From the human T2T-CHM13v2.0 reference genome, Homo sapiens: a stretch of DNA of 64,000 nt. Where the stretch lies: NCBI RefSeq assembly GCF_009914755.1, contig NC_060946.1; one strand, written 5' to 3'. Within the stretch, counting starts at the first letter, position 1, and every line of letters begins with the position of its first letter. Below the pieces are notes generated by a model, which was not told where the DNA came from, made no database searches, and saw nothing but the letters and a program-made list of their open reading frames with translations. Of this stretch, positions 1-11,600 are shown piece after piece. A program made the translations under genes and the position numbers.

Positions 1-79
1 TATTTCTGCATTGATCACCCAGGTGGCGAACTCTTCTCTTGGATCTGCCTATGGGGGCATTGTGACAAATCTCTGCACT

Positions 80-360
80 GATCACCCAGGTGATGTAACT
101 GTTGTGTAACCTCTGCCTACAGGGGAATTGTGAGAGATCTCGCCACTGATCACCCAAGTGATGTAACCATTGTCTAGGCTTTGCGTACAGGGGGCTTTGT
201 GACATACCTTTGCACTGATCACCCAGGTGATGTAACTGTTGTGTAACCTCTGCCTACAGGGGAATTGTGAGAGATCTCGCCACTGATCACCCAAGTGATG
301 TAACCATTGTCTAGGCTTTGCGTACAGGGGGCTTTGTGACATACCTTTGCACTGATCACC
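80..360. repeat. 2-monomer (137 bp) tandem duplication in the first, partial HOR
   Basis: GTTGTGTAACCTCTGCCTACAGGGGAATTGTGAGAGATCTCGCC...GCGTACAGGGGG appears twice, at ~100 and ~237. Confidence 0.85.
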
Positions 361-2551
361 CAGGTGATGTAACACATCTAAGTTCGGCCTAAAGGAGCTT
401 TGTGACATATCTGTGCACTGATCACTTAGGTGATGGAACACTTTTATAAGCACTGCCTACAGGGAATTTTGACAAATCTCTGCACTGATCACCTAGGTGA
501 TGTAACGCTTGTCTACCCTCTGTCCAACGGAGCATTGTGAAATATCTCTGCACTGATCACCCAGGTGATTCAACTCTTGACTAGGATCTGCCTACAGAGG
601 TTATTGTGAAATATCTCTGCACTGATAAACTAGGTGGTGTAATCCTTATCGAAGCTCTGCCTACAGGGGCGTTTTCACATATCCCTGAAGTGATGACAAA
701 GGTGATGTAACTCTTGCCTAGGCTTTGCCTACAGGGGACATAGGACATATATCTGCACTGATCACCCAGGTGATGCAACTCTAGCCTAGGCTTTGCCTAC
801 AGGGGACATTGTGACATATCGCTTCAATGATCACCCATGTGATGCAACTCTTGCCTAGGCTTTGCCTACAGGGGACATTGTGACATATCTCTGCACTGAT
901 CTCCCAGGTGCTGTAACATTAGTCTAGACTCTGGATACACGGCATTGTGACATATCACTGCACTGATCAACCAGGTGATATAACTCTTGTCTAGGCCCTG
1001 CCTACAGGGGGCTTGTGACATATCTCTGCACTGATCACTCAGGTGATATAACTCTTCTCTAGGATCTGCCTACAGGGTGCTTTGCGACATATCCCTGCAA
1101 TGATCACCCAGGTGATCTAACTCTTGTTTAAGCTCTGCCTAAAGGGGCCTTGTGACAGATCTCTGCACTGATCACTCAGGTGATGTAACTATTGTCTAGG
1201 CTCTGCTTAAAGGGGCCTTGTCACATACCTCTGCACTGATCACCCAGGTGATGTAACTCTTGTCTAGCCTCTGCTTTCACGGCATATTGTGACATATCTA
1301 TGCGCTGATCACCTTAGTGATGTAACACTTGTGTAGGCTCGGCCTACAGGGGAATATTGACATATCTCTGCACTGTTAACCGAGGTGATTTAACTCTTGT
1401 CTAGGCTGTGCCCACAGGGGGATTGAGACATGTCTCTGCACTGATCCCGAGGTGATCCAACTGTTGCCTGGTCTCTGCCTACTGGGGACATTGTGACATA
1501 TCTCTGCACTGATTTCCCAGGTGCTGTAACTTTAGTCTAGGCTCTGGTTACACGGCATTGTGACATATCACTGCACTGATCACCCAGGTGATATAAATCT
1601 TGTCTAGGCTCTGCCTACAATGGCCTTGTGACATATCTCTGCACTGATCACCCAGGTGATATAACTCTTCTCTAGGATCTGACCACAGGGTGCTTTGTGG
1701 CATTTCCCTGCAATGATCACCCAGGTGATATACCACTTGCCAAGGCTCTGCCTACAGGGGCATTGCAATGTATCTCTGCACTGATCACCTCGGTCTTGTA
1801 ACTCTTTTCTAGGATCTGCCCACAGGGTGCCTTGTGACGTATCCCAGCAAGGATTACCCATGTGATGTACCTCTCATCAAGGCTCTGCCTACAGGCACAT
1901 GGCGATGTATCTCTGCACTGATCACCTAGGTCATGTAACTTTTGTCTAGGCTCTGCCTACGATGGCATTGTGACATATCTCTGCACTAATCATCCAAGTG
2001 ATGTAACCCTTGTCTAGGATCTGCCTAAATTAACTTTGTGACAGAACCCTGTACTGATCATCCAGGTGATGGGGCTTTTGTCTAGGCTCTGCCTAAGGGG
2101 GCATTGTGAGATATTTCTGCATTGATCACCCAGGTGGCGAACTCTTCTCTTGGATCTGCCTATGGGGGCATTGTGACAAATCTCTGCACTGATCACCCAG
2201 GTGATGTAACTGTTGTGTAACCTCTGCCTACAGGGGAATTGTGAGAGATCTCGCCACTGATCACCCAAGTGATGTAACCATTGTCTAGGCTTTGCGTACA
2301 GGGGGCTTTGTGACATACCTTTGCACTGATCACCCAGGTGATGTAACACATCTAAGTTCGGCCTAAAGGAGCTTTGTGACATAACTCTGCACTGATCACT
2401 TAGGTGATGGAACACTTTTATAAGCACTGCCTACAGAGAATTTTGACAAATCTCTGCACTGATCACCTAGGTGATGTACTTGTCTACCCTCTGTCCAACG
2501 GGGCATTGTGAAATATCTCTGCACTGATCACCCAGGTGATTCAACTCTTGA

Positions 2552-4453
2552 CTAGGATCTGCCTACAGAGGTTATTGTGAAATATCTCTGCACTGATAAA
2601 CTAGGTGGTGTAATCCTTATCGAAGCTCTGCCTACAGGGGCGTTTTCACATATCCCTGAAGTGATGACAAAGGTGATGTAACTCTTGCCTAGGCTTTGCC
2701 TACAGGGGACATAGGACATATATCTGCACTGATCACCCAGGTGATGCAACTCTAGCCTAGGCTTTGCCTACAGGGGACATTGTGACATATCGCTTCAATG
2801 ATCACCCATGTGATGCAACTCTTGCCTAGGCTTTGCCTACAGGGGACATTGTGACATATCTCTGCACTGATCTCCCAGGTGCTGTAACATTAGTCTAGAC
2901 TCTGGCTACACGGCATTGTGACATATCACTGCACTGATCAACCAGGTGATATAACTCTTCTCTAGGCCCTGCCTACAGGGGGCTTGTGACATATCTCTGC
3001 ACTGATCACCCAGGTGATCTAACTCTTGTTTAAGCTCTGCCTAAAGGGGCCTTGTGACAGATCTCTGCACTGATCACTCAGGTGATGTAACTATTTTCTA
3101 GGCTCTGCTTAAAGGGGCCTTGTCACATACCTCTGCACTGATCACCCAGGTGGTGTAACTCTTGTCTAGCCTCTGCTTTCACGGCATATTGTGACATATC
3201 TATGCGCTGATCACCTTAGTGATGTAACACTTGTGTGGGCTCGGCCTACAGGGGAATATTGACATATCTCTGCACTGTTAACCGAGGTGATTTAACTCTT
3301 GTCTAGGCTGTGCCCACAGGGGGATTGAGACATGTCTCTGCACTGATCCCGAGGTGATCCAACTGTTGCCTGGTTTCTGCCTACTGGGGACATTGTGACA
3401 TATCTCTGCACTGATCTCCCAGGTGCTGTAACTTTAGTCTAGGCTCTGGCTACACGGCATTGTGACATACCACTGCACTGATCACCCAGGTGATATAAAT
3501 CTTGTCTAGGCTCTGCCTACAATGGCCTTGTGACATATCTCTGCACTGATCACCCAGGTGATATAACTCTTCTCTAGGATCTGACCACAGGGTGCTTTGT
3601 GGCATTTCCCTGCAATGATCACCCAGGTGATATACCACTTGCCAAGGCTCTGCCTACAGGGGCATTGCAATGTATCTCTGCACTGATCACCTCGGTCTTG
3701 TAACTCTTTTCTAGGATCTGCCCACAGGGTGCCTTGTGACGTATCCCAGCAAGGATTACCCAGGTGATGTACCTCTCATCAAGGCTCTGCCTACAGGCAC
3801 ATTGCGATGTATCTCTGCACTGATCACCTAGGTCATGTAACTTTTGTCTAGGCTCTGCCTACGATGGCATTGTGACATATCTCTGCACTAGTCATCCAAG
3901 TGATTTAACCCTTGTCTAGGATCTGCCTAAATTAACTTTGTGTCATAACCCTGTACTGATCATCCAGGTGATGGGGCTTTTGTCTAGGCTCTGCCTAAGG
4001 GGGCATTGTGACATATTTCTGCATTGATCACCCAGGTGGCGAACTCTTCTCTTGGATCTGCCTATGGGGGCATTGTGACAAATCTCTGCACTGATCACCC
4101 AGGTGATGTAACTGTTGTGTAACCTCTGCCTACAGGGGAATTGTGAGAGATCTCGCCACTGATCACCCAAGTGATGTAACCATTGTCTAGGCTTTGCGTA
4201 CAGGGGGCTTTGTGACATACCTTTGTACTGATCACCCAGGTGATGTAACACATCTAAGTTCGGCCTAAAGGAGCTTTGTGACATATCTGTGCACTGATCA
4301 CTTAGGTGATGGAACACTTTTATAAGCACTGCCTACAGGGAATTTTGACAAATCTCTGCACTGATCACCTATGTGATGTACTTGTCTACCCTCTGTCCAA
4401 CGGGGCATTGTGAAATATCTCTGCACTGATCACCCAGGTGATTCAACTCTTGA
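2552..4453. repeat. Variant 28-mer HOR (1902 bp): one-monomer deletion plus 3-bp deletion
   Basis: At ~3000, GGCTTGTGACATATCTCTGCACTGATCACCCAGGTGATCTAAC joins directly, skipping the ...GGGTGCTTTGCGACATATCCCTGCAATG monomer (-69). A 3-bp deletion lies at ~4380. Confidence 0.85.
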
Positions 4454-6700
4454 CTAGGATCTGCCTACAGAGTTTATTGTGAAATATCTCTGCACTGATA
4501 AACTAGGTGGTGTAATCCTTATCGAAGCTCTGCCTACAGGGGCGTTTTCACATATCCCTGAAGTGATGACAAAGGTGATGTAACTCTTGCCTAGGCTTTG
4601 CCTACAGGGGACATAGGACATATATCTGCACTGATCACCCAGGTGATGCAACTCTAGCCTAGGCTTTGCCTACAGGGGACATTGTGACATATCGCTTCAA
4701 TGATCACCCATTTGATGCAACTCTTCCCTAGGCTTTGCCTACAGGGGACATTGTGACATATCTCTGCACTGATCTCCCAGGTGCTGTAACATTAGTCTAG
4801 ACTCTGGCTACACGGCATTGTGACATATCACTGCACTGATCAACCAGGTGATATAACTCTTGTCTAGGCCCTGCCTACAGGGGGCTTGTGACATATCTCT
4901 GCACTGATCACCCAGGTGATATAACTCTTCTCTAGGATCTGCCTACAGGGTGCTTTGCGACATATCCCTACAATGATCACCCAGTTGATCTAACACTTGT
5001 TTAAGCTCTGCCTAAAGGGGCCTTGTGACAGATCTCTGCACTGATCACTCAGGTGATGTAACTATTTTCTAGGCTCTGCTTAAAGGGGCCTTGTCACATA
5101 GCTCTGCACTGATCACCCAGGTGATGTAACTCTTGTCTAGCCTCTGCTTTCACGGCATATTGTGACATATCTATGCGCTGATCACGTTAGTGATGTAACA
5201 CTTGTGTAGGCTCGGCCTACAGGGGAATATTGACATATCTCTGCACTGTTAACCGAGGTGATTTAACTCTTGTCTAGGCTGTGCCCACAGGGGGATTGAG
5301 ACATATCTCTGCACTGATCCCGAGGTGATCCAACTGTTGCCTGGTCTCTGCCTACTGGGGACATTGTGACATATCTCTGCACTGATCACCCAGGTGATGT
5401 AACTCTTGTCTAGCCTCTGCTTTCACGGCATATTGTGACATATCCATGTGCTGATCACCTTAGTGATGTAACACTTGTGTAGGCTCGGCCTACAGGGGAA
5501 TATTGACATATCTCTGCACTGTTAACCGAGGTGATTTAACTCTTGTCTAGGCTGTGCCCACAGGGGGATTGAGACATGTCTCTGCACTGATCCCGAGGTG
5601 ATCCAACTGTTGCCTGGTCTCTGCCTACTGGGGACATTGTGACATATCTCTGCACTGATCTCCCAGGTGCTGTAACTTTAGTCTAGGCTCTGGCTACACG
5701 GCATTGTGACATATCACTGCACTGATCACCCAGGTGATATAAATCTTGTCTAGGCTCTACCTACAATGGCCTTGTGACATATCTCTGCACTTATCACCCA
5801 GGTGATATAACTCTTCTCTAGGATCTGACCACAGGGTGCTTTGTGGCATTTCCCTGCAATGATCACCCAGGTGATATACCACTTGCCAAGGCTCTGCCTA
5901 CAGGGGCATTGCAATGTATCTCTGCACTGATCACCTCGGTCTTGTGACTCTTTTCTAGGATCTGCCCACAGGGTGCCTTGTGACGTATCCCAGCAAGGAT
6001 TACCCAGGTGATGTACCTCTCATCAAGGCTCTGCCTACAGGCACATTGCGATGTATCTCTGCACTGATCACCTAGGTCATGTAACTTTTGTCTAGGCTCT
6101 GCCTACGATGGCATTGTGACATATCTCAGCACTAATCATCCAAGTGATGTAACCCTTGTCTAGGATCTGCCTAAATTAACTTTGTGACATAACCCTGTAC
6201 TGATCATCCAGGTGATGGGGCTTTTGTCTAGGCTCTCCCTAAGGGGGCATTGTGACATATTTCTGCATTGATCACCCAGGTGGCGAACTCTTCTCTTGGA
6301 TCTGCCTATGGGGGCATTGTGACAAATCTCTGCACTGATCACCCAGGTGATGTAACTGTTGTGTAACCTCTGCCTACAGTGGAATTGTGAGAGATCTCGC
6401 CACTGATCACCCAAGTGATGTAACCATTGTCTAGGGTTTGCGTACAGGGTGCTTTGTGACATACCTTTGCACTGATCATCCAGGTGATGTAACACATCTA
6501 AGTTCGGCCTAAAGGAGCTTTCTGACATATCTCTGCACTGATCACTTAGGTGATGGAACACTTTTATAAGCACTGCCTACAGGGAATTTTGACAAATCTC
6601 TGCACTGATCACCTAGGTCATGTAACGCTTGTCTACCCTCTGTCCAACGGGGCATTGTGAAATATCTCTGCACTGATCACCCAGGTCATTCAACTCTTGA
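4454..6700. repeat. Variant 33-mer HOR (2247 bp): tandem 4-monomer duplication
   Basis: The segment from CTAGCCTCTGCTTTCACGG to CCTACTGGGGAC appears twice (~5105-5380 and ~5378-5650). 1974+273=2247. Confidence 0.87.
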
Positions 6701-8674
6701 CTAGGAACTGCCTACAGAGGTTATTGTGAAATATCTCTGCACTGATAAACTAGGTGGTGTAATCCTTATCGAAGCTCTGCCTACAGGGGCGTTTTCACAT
6801 ATCCCTGAAGTGATGACAAAGGTGATGTAACCCTTGCCTAGGCTTTGCCTACAGGGGACATAGGACATATATCTGCACTGATCACCCAGGTGATGCAACT
6901 CTAGCCTAGGCTTTGCCTACAGGTTACATTGTGACATATCGCTTCAATGATAACCCATGTGATGCAACTCTTGACTAGGCTTTGCCTACAGGGGACATTG
7001 TGACATATCTCTGCACTGATCTCCCAGGGGCTGTAATATTAATCTAGACTCTGGCTACACGGCATTGTGACATATCACTGCACAGATCAACCAGCTGATA
7101 TAACTCTTGTCTAGGCCCTGCCTACAGGGGGCTTGTGACATATCTCTGCACTGATCACCCAGGTGATATAACTCTTCTCTAGGATCTGCCTACAGGGTGC
7201 TTTGCGACATATCCCTGCAATGATCACCCAGGTGATCTAACTCTTGTTTAAGCTCTGCCTAAAAGGGCATTGTGACAGATCTCTGCACTGATCACTCAGG
7301 TGATGTAACTATTGTCTAGGCTCTGCTTAAAGGGGCCTTGTCACATACCTCTGCACTGATCACCCAGGTGATGTAACTCTTGTCTAGCCTCTGCTTTCAC
7401 GGCATATTGTGACATATCCATGCGCTGATCACCTTAGTGATGTAACACTTGTGTAGGCTCGGCCTACAGGGGAATATTGACATATCTCTGCACTGTTAAC
7501 CGAGGTGATTTAACTCTTGTCTATGCTGTGCCCACAGGGGGATTGAGACATGTCTCTGCACTGATCCCGAGGTGATCCAACTGTTGCCTGGTCTCTGCCT
7601 ACTGGGGACATTGTGACATATCTCTGCACTGATCTCCCAGGTGCTGTAACTTTAGTCTAGGCTCTGGCTACACGGCATTGTGACATATCACTGCACTGAT
7701 CACCCAGGTGATATAAATCTTGTCTAGGCTCTGCCTACAATGGCCTTGTGACATATCACTGCACTGATCACCCAGGTGATATAACTCTTCTCTAGGATCT
7801 GACCACAGGGTGCTTTGTGGCATTTCCCTGCAATGATCACCCAGGTGATATACCACTTGCCAAGGCTCTGCCTACAGGGGCATTGCAATGTATCTCTGCA
7901 CTGATCACCTCAGTCTTGTGACTCTTTTCTAGGATCTGCCCACAGGGTGCCTTGTGACGTATCCCAGCAAGGATTACCCAGGTGATGTACCTCTCATCAA
8001 GGCTCTGCCTACAGGCACATTGCGATGTATCTCTGCACTGATCACCTAGGTCATGTAAATTTTGTCTAGGCTCTGCCTACGATGGCATTGTGACATATCT
8101 CTGCACTAATCATCCAAGTGATGTAACCCTTGTCTAGGATCTGCCTAAATTAACTTTGTGACATAACCCTGTACTGATCATCCAGGTGATGGGGCTTTTG
8201 TCTAGGCTCTCCCTAAGGGGGCATTGTGACATATTTCTGCATTGATCACACAGGTGGCGAACTCTTCTCTTGGATCTGCCTATGGGGGCATTGTGACAAA
8301 TCTCTGCACTGATCACCCAGGTGATGTAACTGTTGTGTAACCTCTGCCTACAGGGGAATTGTGAGAGATCTCGCCACTGATCACCCAAGTGATGTAACCA
8401 TTGTCTAGGGTTTGCGTACAGGGTGCTTTGTGACATACCTTTGCACTGATCACCCAGGTGATGTAACACATCTAAGTTCGGCCTAAAGGAGCTTTGTGAC
8501 ATATCTCTGCACTGATCACTTAGGTGATGGAACACTTTTATAAGCACTGCCTACAGGGAATTTTGACAAATCTCTGCACTGATCACCTAGGTGATGTAAC
8601 GCTTGTCTACCCTCTGTCCAACGGGGTATTGTGAAATATCTCTGCACTGATCACCCAGGTGATTCAACTCTTGA
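6701..8674. repeat. Representative canonical 29-mer HOR unit (1974 bp)
   Basis: Marker-to-marker distance 6701 to 8675 is 1974 bp, and all landmark monomers are present in the standard order. Confidence 0.9.
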
Positions 8675-11600
8675 CTAGGATCTGCCTACAGAGGTTATTG
8701 TGAAATATCTCTGCACTGATAAACTAGGTGGTGTAATCCTTATCGAAGCTCTGCCTACAGGGGCGTTTTCACATATCCCTGAAGTGATGACAAAGGTGAT
8801 GTAACACTTGCCTAGGCTTTGCCTACAGGGGACATAGGACATATATCTGCACTGATCACCCAGGTGATGCAACTCTAGCCTAGGCTTTGCCTATAGGTTA
8901 CATTGTGACATATCGCTTCAATGATCACCCATGTGATGCAACTCTTGCCTAGGCTTTGCCTACAGGGGACATTGTGACATATCTCTGCACTGATCTCCCA
9001 GGGGCTGTAACATTAATCTAGACTCTGGCTACACGGCATTGTGACATATCACTGCACAGATCAACCAGGTGATACAACTCTTGTCTAGGCCCTGCCTACA
9101 GGGGGCTTGTGACATATCTCTGCACTGATCACCCAGGTGATATAACTCTTCTCTAGGATCTGCCTTCAGGGTGCTTTGCGACATATCCCTGCAATGATCA
9201 CCCAGGTGATCTAACTCTTGTTTAAGCTCTGCCTAAAGGGGCATTGTGACAGACCTCTGCACTGATCACTCAGGTGATGTAACTATTGTCTAGGCTCTGC
9301 TTAAAGGGGCCTTGTCACATACCTCTGCACTGATCACCCAGGTGAGGTAACTCTTGTCTAGCCTCTGCTTTCACGGCATATTGTGACATATCCATGCGCT
9401 GATCACCTTAGTGATGTAACACTTGTGTAGGCTCGGCCTACAGGGGAATATTGACATATCTCTGCACTGTTAACCGAGGTGATTTAACTCTTGTCTAGGC
9501 TGTGCCCACAGGGGGATTGAGACATGTCTCTGCACTGATCCCGAGGTGATCCAACTGTTGCCTGGTCTCTGCCTACTGGGGACATTGTGACATATCTCTG
9601 CACTGATCTCCCAGGTGCTGTAACTTTAGTCTAGGCTCTGGCTACACGGCATTGTGACATATCACTGCACTGATCACCCAGGTGATATAAATCTTGTCTA
9701 GGCTCTACCTACAATGGCCTTGTGACATATCTCTGCACTGATCACCCAGGTGATATAACTCTTCTCTAGGATCTGACCACAGGGTGCTTTGTGGCATTTC
9801 CCTGCAATGATCACCCAGGTGATATACCACTTGCCAAGGCTCTGCCTACAGGGGCATTGCAATGTATCTCTGCACTGATCACCTCGGTCTTGTGACTCTT
9901 TTCTAGGATCTGCCCACAGGGTGCCTTGTGACGTATCCCAGCAAGGATTACCCAGGTGATGTACCTCTCATCAAGGCTCTGCCTACAGGCACATTGCGAT
10001 GTATCTCTGCACTGATCACCTAGGTCATGTAACTTTTGTCTAGGCTCTGCCTACGATGGCATTGTGACATATCTCTGCACTAATCATCCAAGTGATGTAA
10101 CCCTTGTCTAGGATCTGCCTAAATTAACTTTGTGACATAACCCTGTACTGATCATCCAGGTGATGGGGCTTTTGTCTAGGCTCTCCCTAAGGGGGCATTG
10201 TGACATATTTCCGCATTGATCACCCAGGTGGCGAACTCTTCTCCTGGATCTGCCTATGGGGGCATTGTGACAAATCTCTGCACTGATCACCCAGGTGATG
10301 TAACTGTTGTGTAACCTCTGCCTACAGGGGAATTGTGAGAGATCTCGCCACTGATCACCCAAGTGATGTAACCATTGTCTAGGCTTTGCGTACAGGGGGC
10401 TTTGTGACATACCTTTGCACTGATCACCCAGGTGATGTAACACATCTAAGTTCGGCCTAAAGGAGCTTTGTGACATAACTCTGCACTGATCACTTATGTG
10501 ATGGAACACTTTTATAAGCACTGCCTACAGGGAATTTTGACAAATCTCTGCACTGATCACCTAGGTGATGTAACGCTTGTCTACCCTCTGTCCAACGGGG
10601 CATTGTGAAATATCTCTGCACTGATCACCCAGGTGATTCAACTCTTGACTAGGATCTGCCTACAGAGGTTATTGAGAAATATCTCTGCACTGATAAACTA
10701 GGTGGTGTAATCCTTATCGAAGCTCTGCCTACAGGGGCGTTTTCACATATCCCTGAAGTGATGACAAAGGTGATGTAACTCTTGCCTAGGCTTTGCCTAC
10801 AGGGGACATAGGACATATATCTGCACTGATCACCCAGGTGATGCAACTCTAGCCTAGGCTTTGCCTACAGGGGAGATTGTGACATATCGCTTCAGTGATC
10901 CCCCATATGATGCAACTCTTGCCTTGGCTTTGCCTACAGGGCACATTGTGACATATCTCTGCACTGATCTCACAGGTGCTGTAACATTAGTCTAGACTCT
11001 GGCTACACGGCATTGTGACATATCACTGCACTGATCAACCAGGTGATATAACTCTTGTCTAGGCCCTGCCTACAGGGGGCTTGTGACATATCTCTGCACT
11101 GATCACCCAGGTGATATAACTCTTCTCTAGGATCTGCCTACAGGGTGCTTTGTGACATATCCCTGCAATGATCACCCAGGTGATCTAACTCTGGTTTAAG
11201 CTTTGCTTAAAGGGTCATTGTGACAGATCTCTGCACTGATCACTCAGATGATGTAACTATTGTCTAGGCTCTGCTTAAAGGGGCCTTGTCACATACCTCT
11301 GCACTGATCACCCAGGTGATGTAACTCTTGTCTAGCCTCTGCTTTCACGGCATATCGTGACATATCCATGCGCTGATCACCTTAGTGATGTAACACTTGT
11401 GTAGGCTCGGCCTATAGGGGAATATTGACATATCTCTGCACTGTTAACCGAGGTGATTTAACTCTTGTCTAGGCTGTTCCCACAGGGGGATTGAGACATA
11501 TCTCTGCACTGATCCCGAGGTGATCCAACTGTTGCCTGGTCTCTGCCTACTGGGGACATTGTGACATATCTCTGCACTGATCTCCCAGGTGCTGTAACTT

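Noticed and set aside
439-452. TATA-like TTTTATAAG (and CRE-like TGACGTA at ~1835), once per HOR
   Set aside because: These are chance monomer variants propagated by HOR amplification. There is no downstream gene or other promoter evidence.
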